Source of the DNA: a virus
Lineage: Duplodnaviria; Caudoviricetes
Virus record (IMG/VR): IMGVR_UViG_3300045929_000104
Coordinates: 1 to 50,568 of that record
Reading direction: 5' to 3' (one strand)
DNA length: 50,568 nt
In this document: positions 36,298-45,242 of the stretch, piece after piece
Position numbering within the stretch: the first letter of the stretch is position 1
Layout of the letters: each line of letters begins with the position of its first letter
The notes under the pieces: generated by a model
Seen by the model: only the letters and a program-made list of their open reading frames with translations
Database searches by the model: none
Told to the model about the DNA's origin: nothing
Position numbers and translations under genes: made by a program

Positions 36298-37960
36298 CTT
36301 CAAATTCCTCGTCATTGTCAAGAATGTCTTTGTCTCGCACTATTGTAGCAGCCAGGGCAGGGGAGGTGCCAATGCGTTTGTGCGGCACAATGATCGATCT
36401 CGCCTCCTCGGGCCAGTTGAGAACGTTGTAACTCAGTGAAGAGGAACGTTCGTCCATCAGGTCGGCGTCCTGTCCACTGGCTACGCGACCGGTGCCGGTG
36501 CCGAAGATTCGCAACTCGGGGTGGCTGACAGCATCGCCATCGACAGGCGGGCAGTAGAAGGTGGACACCATCTTGCCAAGGTGCTGATATTCCTTGACCT
36601 CGGTCAAAAGTGTGAGGATGGCCGGGTTGGCGTGGACCTTGGCGTTGGTCAGCAGCTTGGCGATCGCGTCACTGTTGGCGGTGACCTTCTTGGTTTGATA
36701 GTGGTGCTGCTCTGGTAATCCCAGCCCCTCATACAACAGCCAGCGAAGGTGCTCATTGTTGCCAGGATCGAAGCCGGTCGCGGACCACTTGTTGATCTTG
36801 CCCCGCAGCTTCGTGATCTCCGCCTTGATGGGTTTCATGTCAGCACAGGTGGGGCATTTCTTGCTCGCACGGGGATGACAGAGTTGGATGGTCAACCCGT
36901 CCATCTCTGTCTGCGCTACCTTGATCCGTGCTGCGAACACCCCATCACCGAATGCCTTCACACTTGCCAACAGTGCCGCCCGCTTCTCCTCCGCCTGTGC
37001 GATCAACACGTCCATGCGCTGCTTATCTACCTGTAGCCCACGTACCTCCATAGCGAGGCAAATCGCCATCGCAGGAAGCACCTCCCGCTCGTAGACATCC
37101 CGCACACCCAGCCGATGCATTTCCTGCTGTGTCGCACCGTGCAGCGCATACGTCGCCTGCACATCGAGGCTGAGATAGTTGGGGTCGTTATGCTGCATCC
37201 CCTTCCAGTTGTGCCAGCCGTCGAAATAGAAGAGGGCGACCTTGGCGAGACCGAGGGGGAGATCGGAATAGCATGTCGAATGTGCCAGCATCGTGTCGTA
37301 GATCGGTGCCCGCATGTCAACCCCCATCGCACGGAGGGACATGATATCGGCCGGGGCGTGGTGGAAGACCTTGATTAGATCGTCGCGAAGGAGGTGGCGG
37401 TTCAGGATGTCAACGAGCCCATACGACGGCCGCGTGATCTCTACTTGCTCGCCGATGGACAGGCCAATTAAGAACGGCTTGTTGGTCGCGACATCAAACT
37501 CGGTATCGATAGCCACTACCTTGGCATCGGTGAGTAGGTAATCCAGCAGGCTTAGCGATGACCACCGCCAGTTGGGACGTACCAACTGCACCGCCGTCCC
37601 CATCGCATACAGACAAGCCCGCTGCACTGCACGCTCAACCAGCAACCGCTGCGACTCCAACTTCGCCTTCTTGACGAGCGCGGGGGCTTGCGTCACCACA
37701 TAGGTACGCCCATCCCGTTGGAAGACGCCGCCCTGTTCGCGTTGGATATTGGTCATCCCCAGCACACGGCCGAGAGCGTCCTTGCCGATGATGAGATTGA
37801 TGGCGCTACCTGCACCCTCCCATGTACGATCCCAACACACGTCGGCTGGATCAATCCCCGCCCGCTTGACAATCCGCTCCACATTCCATCGATTCTCTTC
37901 CTGTTCACGCGCCGGAGAGTCATCGATTACAGTGAGCAAATCCATTCGCATCCTCGTCAA
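36287..37960 (-). CDS. polA: DNA polymerase family A, N-terminal subunit (degenerate UDG-like domain, 3'-5' exonuclease, thumb)
   Basis: ExoI VAIDTEFD, ExoII FHHAPAD, YDTMLAH, ExoIII YLSLDVQAT, MEVRGLQVD, LLYEGLGLP, GTGTGRVAS, NVLNWPEEARSIIVP; stops before motif A. Confidence 0.9.
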   Translation of the reverse strand: MTRMRMDLLTVIDDSPAREQEENRWNVERIVKRAGIDPADVCWDRTWEGAGSAINLIIGKDALGRVLGMTNIQREQGGVFQRDGRTYVVTQAPALVKKAKLESQRLLVERAVQRACLYAMGTAVQLVRPNWRWSSLSLLDYLLTDAKVVAIDTEFDVATNKPFLIGLSIGEQVEITRPSYGLVDILNRHLLRDDLIKVFHHAPADIMSLRAMGVDMRAPIYDTMLAHSTCYSDLPLGLAKVALFYFDGWHNWKGMQHNDPNYLSLDVQATYALHGATQQEMHRLGVRDVYEREVLPAMAICLAMEVRGLQVDKQRMDVLIAQAEEKRAALLASVKAFGDGVFAARIKVAQTEMDGLTIQLCHPRASKKCPTCADMKPIKAEITKLRGKINKWSATGFDPGNNEHLRWLLYEGLGLPEQHHYQTKKVTANSDAIAKLLTNAKVHANPAILTLLTEVKEYQHLGKMVSTFYCPPVDGDAVSHPELRIFGTGTGRVASGQDADLMDERSSSLSYNVLNWPEEARSIIVPHKRIGTSPALAATIVRDKDILDNDEEFEDAA

Positions 37961-38005
37961 ATCAGTCGCGGGGAACCGGATATGTCTAGGACTTTCCAGG
38001 TCGTG

Positions 38006-38191
38006 CTAAGCCGCCGTCGTGCGCTTATCGAGCAGGCTGATCCGCCCCTTCCTCCACAACTGCGCCCTCGAAACCGCCGTGTCCCCATAGAGGATCTCGT
38101 CCATGGTGCGCGGGTTGCCGCTGACGAACATAGCAACACGGGTAATCGTCCCCCCACGAGCGAGATACTCCTCAACCGTCTCGAATCTCAC
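38006..38191 (-). CDS. Hypothetical protein
   Basis: GTGA-coupled; VEEYLARGGTITRV motif seen in small phage proteins. Confidence 0.65.
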   Translation of the reverse strand: MRFETVEEYLARGGTITRVAMFVSGNPRTMDEILYGDTAVSRAQLWRKGRISLLDKRTTAA

Positions 38192-39108
38192 GCTGCCTCG
38201 TCCACAGTCTCGGGAACCCCGTACTGCCGAGAGAGCGTCCCGCATTTTTCGCTTACCTCGCAATAGTGCTGGCACTTGTTCCCACCTAACATCGGCAGGC
38301 CAATCAGCGGAATCCCCGCTGCCAACCGCTCCCGGTCCTTCATCGTCGTGCATCCCTTGTGCTCCTGTTTGATGTAGGCAAGCCATTGTGTGATTTCAGC
38401 AACCGTTGTCTCACCGCCCGGCCTGTACGCGGCGATCTCCTCCTCACTCATGTAATCACTGACCGCAAGCGGTTCCGGTCCTTGATCCTTACCGGTCGCA
38501 TGATCCCAAACCGTCATCATGACGTTGAGCGGATCATACCCCGCGTCAATCGCCCACGGCTGTTGTGCAAGCAACAGACGGATGATGTTCAGCTGCACGC
38601 AGTAATCGGCGCCGACCTTCGTTGTGCGTGTCAGCTGCCCACCCTTCGCCTTCCGCCACTGCACGCTGAAGTCGCTCGGAAACTTGTGATCAGCGATCTC
38701 ACTTAGATCCTTCTTGATCGCATCCGCCTGCGCGCTGATGGGGACGCCGAAGAGCGTGCCTTCGATGCAGAGGCGGACGCGATCCGTCGCCTCCGTCCAC
38801 CACGCATCGCCCATGTACCTGCCCGCTACGGAATGGAGTGCCGTACCGCGATCTGCACTAGCTCGCTTGGTGGGATCAACGTAATGGTCAAATGCGTGCA
38901 TGAGGTAGATTTGCCGCGGGCAGGTGAGGACGCGTGTAGCTGTGATGTCGAGGCTGAGATGCCGCGTATCACCGGTGATCTTCTCCGCTGCATAGCGTGC
39001 CATCCATATCGGCACGGGTGAACGGCCGTTCATCGCCGTGCATGTGTCGAAGTGGTCGAACGGCACCTCGTCACGATGGATAGGACACTTCCAGCCGATG
39101 ATGGGCAT
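38188..39108 (-). CDS. Cas4-like / PD-(D/E)XK exonuclease
   Basis: TCPRQ...RGTALH...QADAI...DHKF...VQLNI...CQHYCEVSEKC (Fe-S-type Cys pattern). Confidence 0.85.
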   Translation of the reverse strand: MPIIGWKCPIHRDEVPFDHFDTCTAMNGRSPVPIWMARYAAEKITGDTRHLSLDITATRVLTCPRQIYLMHAFDHYVDPTKRASADRGTALHSVAGRYMGDAWWTEATDRVRLCIEGTLFGVPISAQADAIKKDLSEIADHKFPSDFSVQWRKAKGGQLTRTTKVGADYCVQLNIIRLLLAQQPWAIDAGYDPLNVMMTVWDHATGKDQGPEPLAVSDYMSEEEIAAYRPGGETTVAEITQWLAYIKQEHKGCTTMKDRERLAAGIPLIGLPMLGGNKCQHYCEVSEKCGTLSRQYGVPETVDEAA

Positions 39109-39110
39109 GA

Positions 39111-39497
39111 CTACTCCCCTCCCACTTCATCAATTCGTATGGTGAAAACAGCCATCTGCCCCGCGGCTGGATCAAGGCTGTAATACCTCGCCACCTTGTC
39201 ACAAAGGATCATCACCCCGTACCGAGTCACCCCCGCTACCTCGTGCGCACCGATGTACCTCGGCTCCTCACACCCCGTCCCCAGCGCGGCACTGTCCTGC
39301 ATGACGAATTTGTGATACAGCGCCCCATCGGTAATCTGCGGTGTGCTGATACACGCCGTCTCAGTCGAGGTAACGCGCGGATTCGCCTCTGTCTTTACGA
39401 GTTGTGCGGCGTGTGCAAGAAAGGCGAGGCTGCTCTCAGTACAGGGGGTGGCAACGGCAAGTAGCATCATCAAAGCGAACATGGCTAGCTCTCCCAA
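39111..39497 (-). CDS. Exported hypothetical protein
   Basis: N-terminal hydrophobic signal; paired Cys. Confidence 0.6.
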   Translation of the reverse strand: MGELAMFALMMLLAVATPCTESSLAFLAHAAQLVKTEANPRVTSTETACISTPQITDGALYHKFVMQDSAALGTGCEEPRYIGAHEVAGVTRYGVMILCDKVARYYSLDPAAGQMAVFTIRIDEVGGE

Positions 39498-40006
39498 CTA
39501 TGAAGCGCCGTCATCGTCTCGTTATGCCCGGGGTACGCAATGTGCTGCCCCTCGTGCCCCTTCAACCGCGAGCACGAAATGATGGCGTAGCGGTTGCCGT
39601 GCTTGTCGATGATGTTCTTGAGATCGCCGCTAGTGGCTAGGCAGCGCCCCTTCGCCGATCCCGGCTGCAGATGCTTCGTCTGTCGTTCGATCCAGGCCAT
39701 GTCGGGCGGCTCCTGTGTGGGTGGCGGTGGCGCATCGTTGAAGAGGGGTGAGGGGGGTGCGATGGTCCACTGTATCGGCTGAATGGCGGCACCCGTACCA
39801 TAATTAGCAGGTGTGAGCGATGGTGCTGGTGACACAGCATCCGGCGGCGCGCACAGGTGTGAGCGGAGGGAGCAGTTGCATGGGGCGTCTACTGAGTACT
39901 GAATGCTACCGTACTGACTGTGAGCATGCCAACACCCACATCGACAAGCCATATGATGAAAGATCATCTCTTCATCTCCTGCCAAGCCTTCATCAACGCC
40001 CGACAC
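39485..40006 (-). CDS. Hypothetical Cys/His-rich protein (true start probably 39967)
   Basis: CRCGCWH; Pro-rich linker; C...CSRLKGHEGQH. Confidence 0.55.
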   Translation of the reverse strand: MSGVDEGLAGDEEMIFHHMACRCGCWHAHSQYGSIQYSVDAPCNCSLRSHLCAPPDAVSPAPSLTPANYGTGAAIQPIQWTIAPPSPLFNDAPPPPTQEPPDMAWIERQTKHLQPGSAKGRCLATSGDLKNIIDKHGNRYAIISCSRLKGHEGQHIAYPGHNETMTALHSWES

Positions 40007-40311
40007 GCAAGGTGAACCAACGGATGCGCGCCGCTGTCCTTGTCCACCTTCTCCCCGTGCATGTACTTGTTAAGATGGCTGAATATGGCAGGTAGATGGC
40101 TTGTATCAACCTTCCACGACGGCTTGTCCCCCGCCGCCCGCTTAACCCCGCCATCCTTCATCGCCATTTGCAGCAGCAGCACAAACTCCCGCAACGCCTC
40201 CGCCTGCTCCAACGTCGTCTGCCACTGCTCGATGTGATACCCCGGCTCGTCCTCCACGGGCGAGATCACAAAATCGATATCGGCGAGTGTTGTAAGAGCC
40301 GTGCTACTCAC
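39964..40311 (-). CDS. dATP/dGTP diphosphohydrolase (DUF5664)-like protein
   Basis: GGVK...SW...AIFSHLNKYMHGEKVDKDSGAHPLVHLACRALM. Confidence 0.75.
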   Translation of the reverse strand: MSSTALTTLADIDFVISPVEDEPGYHIEQWQTTLEQAEALREFVLLLQMAMKDGGVKRAAGDKPSWKVDTSHLPAIFSHLNKYMHGEKVDKDSGAHPLVHLACRALMKAWQEMKR

Positions 40312-41302
40312 CCCCCACCACCTTCCCACCCACGATGGGTACCTGCGTCACGTGAAATCGATCGCCATTGACGGTGACCGTGCTGAACCCCTGCTGCCAA
40401 TTCGGAAATTGCATGTATTCCGGGTTCATATCGCACAGGCAGCCGTTTTCCCACGCGCCCTGTTTCCCGCGTAGGTTGGCGTTGTGGTACGCCCCCATGC
40501 GATGCGTATGTCCGATGATGACGCTCACCCCAAGCCGCTCAAGATGCATACGTGCGCTGTAGGCTGAGTGCGCTGACAGTCTGAAGCCATGCGTGACGAC
40601 GAGGTTGCCGTTCGCGAGTTCAACCCGCCAGCCATACGGCTTCCACGTCACACCCGACGCGACGAAGAACCGCTCAAACGCACGCTGTGGGGAGATCTCC
40701 CCACCAGCGAGCACTTCCAACACCGCCTTCCCACGTGGCGATGGGTGCTCTAGCTCGTGCGAGATTGCCTTGTCCCAGCGCACCTCATGATTCCCCCCTA
40801 ACCAGATGACATTCGGCGTGATCTCTCGGCACGTTCGCTGCACGATCAAGCCACGATCCCGCTCAACCGCCACCGTCGCCCATGCGTTCTCAGGATCTTT
40901 CGTGTAGCTCGACAACGCATAGCAGTCCAGCACATCACCGTTCAAGATGATGAGATCGGGCTTGAAGGCGCGGGTGTAATTGATAGCGGCGTTCAGCGCG
41001 TCGCTATCCTCAAACGGAATGTGAATATCGCTCAGCACGACGATGCGCTTAGCACTCGCTCTGATCCGCTTATCCCGCGCACTCACCCCAATGATCTGCG
41101 CCGCACGGAACTTTCGACTACGCGCGTTATTCGTCGCCGCTTTCTCCTTGTACTTCGTCCCGTCGATACGGCGCTTCTCATCCCGACGCCGACTCGCCGC
41201 ACGTCCCTTCGATGTGCGTTGGTATTTCGCCTGCCGTTCCGCCCCGGACATAGCCATCGTGTATCCCCGACGCGCGATCGAAAGTGCAGGGGTGACGGCC
41301 AC
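40304..41302 (-). CDS. Calcineurin-like metallophosphoesterase with basic N-terminal extension (true start probably about 41259)
   Basis: SDIHIP, NGDVLD, GNHE, THG, GHTHR, ENGCLC, NWQQGF. Confidence 0.9.
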   Translation of the reverse strand: MAVTPALSIARRGYTMAMSGAERQAKYQRTSKGRAASRRRDEKRRIDGTKYKEKAATNNARSRKFRAAQIIGVSARDKRIRASAKRIVVLSDIHIPFEDSDALNAAINYTRAFKPDLIILNGDVLDCYALSSYTKDPENAWATVAVERDRGLIVQRTCREITPNVIWLGGNHEVRWDKAISHELEHPSPRGKAVLEVLAGGEISPQRAFERFFVASGVTWKPYGWRVELANGNLVVTHGFRLSAHSAYSARMHLERLGVSVIIGHTHRMGAYHNANLRGKQGAWENGCLCDMNPEYMQFPNWQQGFSTVTVNGDRFHVTQVPIVGGKVVGGE

Positions 41303-41318
41303 CGACGACCGCCACCCC
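41289..41318 (-). terminator. Strong hairpin after the SSB-like gene
   Basis: ggggtggcggtcg-tcgg-tggccgtcacccc on the minus strand (13-bp stem with G-U pairs); weak U-tract. Confidence 0.55.
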
Positions 41319-41340
41319 CACGAGGAAGGAGGAGAGGAGC

Positions 41341-42036
41341 CTAGTTAACCAGCACCGAGTCGGCGATCGCTGCCTGCTGGGCGGGGAAATCGCGGGTCTT
41401 GACGATGGACAGCCCGTTCTTCGCATCCGTCACGTCGAAGAAACCGGCGATACGATTCCGCGTATTGACATACGGCGTCCCCGTCGCAGGATTGATCTTG
41501 TCACTCTCGTTGCTTTCGATGCTGAACTTGACGATCGCGTTCTTGCCATCCCACTGGTTGATGCGAAGATGCTTGAGCATGTAGTCAAGCCTCTGTTCGG
41601 GGGACAGTCCGTAAAACTGCGCCTTGAACATCTCCGCAAGCGCCTTGCGGTCGTCCTTGTTGCTAGGATCAATCGCACCAAGCTCGCTGAAGTTGAAACC
41701 GAACTTCTCGTTCACGCTGTAGTCGGCGCCCGTCTTGGTGAGCGTCTTGGTGGCGGAACGCAGGAAACCAATCAGCCCCGGCGAGAGGTACATCCGGCTC
41801 TGGACGGTCGTATCCTTGAACGGGCCATCGGTGATGCGAACGCTGAGATCGATGAAGGGGGTGCCGCCGGTGCCATCCTCGCGCACCTGACTCGACCCCG
41901 GCACCATCACCGAAATCCGCGCGGGGTAGAACGACTCGGGGAGAATGATCCGCCCCCCACCGCCGAACTCCTGGAACTCCATCGCTTCGAATGCTGCCTC
42001 GTAGACATTGCTACTCATCGCTTCTCTATCCTCCAT
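41341..42036 (-). CDS. ssDNA-binding protein-like (DUF669-type)
   Basis: ILPESFYPARI...GTPFI...ITDGPFKD...NRIAGF; downstream of the Sak4-like gene; biased codons. Confidence 0.65.
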   Translation of the reverse strand: MEDREAMSSNVYEAAFEAMEFQEFGGGGRIILPESFYPARISVMVPGSSQVREDGTGGTPFIDLSVRITDGPFKDTTVQSRMYLSPGLIGFLRSATKTLTKTGADYSVNEKFGFNFSELGAIDPSNKDDRKALAEMFKAQFYGLSPEQRLDYMLKHLRINQWDGKNAIVKFSIESNESDKINPATGTPYVNTRNRIAGFFDVTDAKNGLSIVKTRDFPAQQAAIADSVLVN

Positions 42037-42048
42037 GTGTGGCGACGG

Positions 42049-42258
42049 TCAATGGTCGCCGTTGTTTATGTTATCGAACGCTCGCTTGAGTTGCGTCGTC
42101 GCCTCGACGCTGCCCCCCGTCATCGCCGCGCGGTACTCCAACAGCAACCGAACCGCCATATCAATCGGCTGCTCATCCTCGCGTGCATCATCGCCGAAGC
42201 AGCTGGCAAGCACATCCCGCAGACGGGCGAGACTTTGTACGTGACGACAGGATGTCAT
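42049..42258 (-). CDS. Hypothetical protein
   Basis: ATGA-coupled ORF. Confidence 0.55.
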   Translation of the reverse strand: MTSCRHVQSLARLRDVLASCFGDDAREDEQPIDMAVRLLLEYRAAMTGGSVEATTQLKRAFDNINNGDH

Positions 42259-42422
42259 AGATCGTTGATTTGCTTTTTCGCAAATTCAAGCACCTGTGTT
42301 GCGGCTTCGCTTGCTGCTTGCCTCCAAGCCAAACGGGCCCAAGTGTGTACCGTCTCTCGCTGTTCAGCAGTTAAGGTGCGTAATGCTGTAATATTGTCGT
42401 CCCACCACGCTTCGAAGTTCAT
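42255..42422 (-). CDS. Hypothetical protein
   Basis: TAATG-coupled MNFEAWWD...ARLAWRQA. Confidence 0.6.
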   Translation of the reverse strand: MNFEAWWDDNITALRTLTAEQRETVHTWARLAWRQAASEAATQVLEFAKKQINDL

Positions 42423-43291
42423 TACTGACCCTCCCCACGGTAATACGCCATCAACTTCCCCCACATCTCGCCGATGTTGGGATTGTTGACGGTTTGCTCG
42501 AAGATATTCGGTGGACACTTCGCCGCCCACTGTGCACCTGCGACGGTATGCGCGAGGTATTGCCCCTGCTCGACGGCAAGGCGTAACGTCACCTCGAATT
42601 GGTAAGGCAGCGCCCGCGGAGCAATCTTCCCCGGTAGGATGGGGATGAACCGCCCACTACCGTTCTCATACTCCTCCCCGACGGTCCAGTACTGCCCGAC
42701 GGGTTCCATGCCGTATTGCTTGCATACCTCCGAAGCCGCAACCTTGATCCCCTTGACGAAGTCCACCCCATCCTGGCCGATTAGGTCATATGCGCGGAAG
42801 GTGTTCTGTTCCCCCGTCGTCTTGGCAACCGGCATGTTCTTCAACCGGTACGCCTTCATGACATCCATCACTTCCATGATCCCGTCGCCGCAGATGATGT
42901 CGATGGCGCGCCCGTTGTGTTCGCGATACTTGCCATTGGCGAGGGCCTCCTTGAACGCCACCAGCCGCTCGAACTTCTCGTTGATGGTGGGGGGTCGCTT
43001 GGCACCCGTCGCACGATCTTCAACCGGCCCGTCGATGTAAACCACCTTCGGCCGCTTGCTGAGCAGTCGTCCAACCTTTGCTTCGACAGCCACGACGAGC
43101 ACGTTGTACCCCGCTTCGATTAACGAATAGATGCCATGCGTCTTCCCCGTCCCACTATCCCCCTGCACGAGCATCGACAGCATCATGTCGCTCGGCTCAC
43201 CTTCGTGGATCTCGGGAGCGGCTTGCACGGTGGGCGGCGTGTTGACCACCGCACGCGGCGCATTGAAATTCGGCTTGACTACGGCGCCCAT
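42422..43291 (-). CDS. AAA_24 / Sak4-like ATPase (recombinase)
   Basis: LVQGDSGTGKT Walker A; IICGDGI Walker B; PILPGK...LPYQFE...AKC. Confidence 0.85.
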   Translation of the reverse strand: MGAVVKPNFNAPRAVVNTPPTVQAAPEIHEGEPSDMMLSMLVQGDSGTGKTHGIYSLIEAGYNVLVVAVEAKVGRLLSKRPKVVYIDGPVEDRATGAKRPPTINEKFERLVAFKEALANGKYREHNGRAIDIICGDGIMEVMDVMKAYRLKNMPVAKTTGEQNTFRAYDLIGQDGVDFVKGIKVAASEVCKQYGMEPVGQYWTVGEEYENGSGRFIPILPGKIAPRALPYQFEVTLRLAVEQGQYLAHTVAGAQWAAKCPPNIFEQTVNNPNIGEMWGKLMAYYRGEGQ

Positions 43292-43717
43292 CTAATTCCC
43301 ATCCTTTCCCATCGCATGCTTCCCATCAAACATGAAAATCGTCAGCATCGCTTCGGAACGAATGCGGTCGCTGTGCTTCTGCACATCCAATAGCGGCGCG
43401 TAGATCTCACTCCGCTCCGCCATGATGTCCGTTCGCAGCGGTCCCAACGCCGTCTCCCCCTGTGCCGCATACGCACACAACAACCGCACCATCGGCGCCG
43501 AATACGCATGATGGTTGTACGCATCGACCCACGACTGCACAGCCTTCTTCGCGATGTATTCGAAGGTGTCGTTGTCCTTCTCATCGCCGTTCTGCCGCAC
43601 TTCGCCGACGATCTCGGAGGTGGCGGCGCATAAACGTGCAAGCGCAACCACAACCCCCTTCCAAGCGGCAATGAACTCCGCCTGCCTGGTGGATATGTCG
43701 ATGCTATCGAACGACAC
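43292..43717 (-). CDS. Hypothetical protein
   Basis: GAGG SD then GTG; in operon. Confidence 0.65.
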   Translation of the reverse strand: MSFDSIDISTRQAEFIAAWKGVVVALARLCAATSEIVGEVRQNGDEKDNDTFEYIAKKAVQSWVDAYNHHAYSAPMVRLLCAYAAQGETALGPLRTDIMAERSEIYAPLLDVQKHSDRIRSEAMLTIFMFDGKHAMGKDGN

Positions 43718-43907
43718 GATCTACCTCTTCGAGCACCGATTCCAACTTGAGGTGGACGGCGCCCGCGTTCAACGGGATGCCGGTCTCATGCGCGACCTTG
43801 GCAATCTTCGCAATCCGCTCGACCATGTTCCGCATGCGGCGGATGGCGCGTTGTTCCGCAGCTGCCGCAGACGCACCGTTAGATTCGAACATCATCCACC
43901 TCCTCAA
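43704..43907 (-). CDS. Hypothetical protein (true start probably about 43892)
   Basis: GGAGG SD; helical basic protein. Confidence 0.6.
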   Translation of the reverse strand: MRRWMMFESNGASAAAAEQRAIRRMRNMVERIAKIAKVAHETGIPLNAGAVHLKLESVLEEVDRVVR

Positions 43908-44061
43908 GCGTGAATGCGCTCATATCATTCAATCGCGAGTAGTCATATGAGATGATTTGTAATTGATCGTGATATTCGGCGAGATACGTCCGAAGCGCAT
44001 CTGCCGCCTCTACCCCGCGTCCCTTCACTTCCAACACCCGACGTGTTCTAACCTTCGCCAT
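43879..44061 (-). CDS. Hypothetical protein, first gene of the leftward replication operon
   Basis: GGGAGG SD; MAKVRTRR... Confidence 0.65.
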   Translation of the reverse strand: MAKVRTRRVLEVKGRGVEAADALRTYLAEYHDQLQIISYDYSRLNDMSAFTLEEVDDVRI

Positions 44062-44086
44062 TGTGTTCATCCTCCCTCGTTGCACA

Positions 44087-44137
44087 AACATACCGAGGTG
44101 CCACACGATTGTCAATGACAAATGTGTGTGGTACCCT
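44087..44137. promoter_or_regulatory. Back-to-back divergent sigma70 promoters in a palindrome
   Basis: Minus: TTGACA-N17-TATGTT (44115 to 44087). Plus: TTGTCA-N17-TACCCT with TG (44109 to 44137). Confidence 0.75.
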
Positions 44138-44184
44138 CTCTGCTATAGAGTTTCCTTAGACAAACGCCAAGGAGCTACAGTCAA

Positions 44185-45132
44185 TTGAGCGAGCCTAAAA
44201 TTATTCGCCCGGAGGGCTGGATGAATCATGCCGAATCACTTACAAATCCGACATTCGTATGGGAGGGCGTACTACCCAGCAGCGGTGTCGTACTACTGCA
44301 CGGCTCCCCTGGTTGCGGTAAGTCCGCCCTGCTGTGGGGCATCCTTCATCACTGTGCGGATGGTGCGCCCTATCTAGGCATCCCGACAACGCCGACTAGT
44401 TCTATTCTACTGTGCAACGACATGAACGAATCTTCTTTGAAGATCCGTTGGGCGAACTTCAATCCCAAATTCGCAGTGTGCTGTATGGATCGGATGGACG
44501 TAACAAGTCCATCGAATGCTTTGTATCTTGGTAAGATCGCGGAGTATGTGACGGACAACAACGTCCAGATCATCGCCGTGGATGCCTTGGGCGGTCTATT
44601 AGGCGGACGTTCAATCCGAGACGATGACACAGCCAACCTAGTCGTCACCCGCCTACATCAACTATTCCCCAACCGGCTCATCATCCTTCTGGGACATGAC
44701 CGAAAAATGTCCCAGGAAACCAAGGAATTTGGCAGCGAATCGTTCCTTGGCAGTCAGTTATGGCGAGCCCACTGCACGGTTCAGTTGTCCATGCGGCGTT
44801 CCGGCCATAGCGAATCTCGGCTCACCCACAGCAAGAGTCAAGTTTCCCCGCTGCTCTCGAATGACATCCGTCTCTACATTGATGATGCGGGGCAAGCCGA
44901 AGCGTACAACGAGTCCCGTGCGCGAACGATCATCAAGCAGCTGCAAGCGGCGTGTACGGCGCTCAAGCTTCCCTATGACGAAATCGTAACCGGCAAGCGG
45001 GAGGTGACGAACATTGAAGCCATGGCTTTGGGGAACCGTCTACCAGGCAAGGGAGGAGTCATGGGTATCTCGGCAAACATGGTGCGAAAGCGCATCGCCC
45101 GAGTACGGGAATTTTCCACTGTAAATGGGTAG
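44185..45132 (+). CDS. AAA_25 / RepA-like replicative helicase with C-terminal HTH-like region; no primase domain
   Basis: FVWEGVLP...LHGSPGCGKS, IIAVDAL, LGHDRK, FLGSQ. Confidence 0.85.
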   Translation: MSEPKIIRPEGWMNHAESLTNPTFVWEGVLPSSGVVLLHGSPGCGKSALLWGILHHCADGAPYLGIPTTPTSSILLCNDMNESSLKIRWANFNPKFAVCCMDRMDVTSPSNALYLGKIAEYVTDNNVQIIAVDALGGLLGGRSIRDDDTANLVVTRLHQLFPNRLIILLGHDRKMSQETKEFGSESFLGSQLWRAHCTVQLSMRRSGHSESRLTHSKSQVSPLLSNDIRLYIDDAGQAEAYNESRARTIIKQLQAACTALKLPYDEIVTGKREVTNIEAMALGNRLPGKGGVMGISANMVRKRIARVREFSTVNG

Positions 45133-45242
45133 CAAAACCGAAGTGTGCTGTGTAAGTTCTTTGTTTACAACAGATACAGATTGTAACGGACCCTGCTGTA
45201 AATCCCTGAACTGTGCAGGGATCTTTACACTTTGGGCTTACA
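45120..45242. repeat. Array of seven TGTAA/TTACA pentamers in an AT-richer tract (iteron-like)
   Basis: TGTAA at 45120, 45151, 45182 and 45197; TTACA at 45165, 45225 and 45238. Confidence 0.6.

Noticed and set aside
36310-36350. TIVRDKDILD in the PolA-N tail as a substitute motif A
   Set aside because: It has only D-x4-D spacing within an acidic low-complexity tail; a far better motif A exists at 32250-32290.
38188-39108. Cas4-like gene as evidence for a CRISPR system
   Set aside because: No repeat-spacer array or other cas genes were seen; solo Cas4-like nucleases commonly accompany Sak4/SSB recombination modules.
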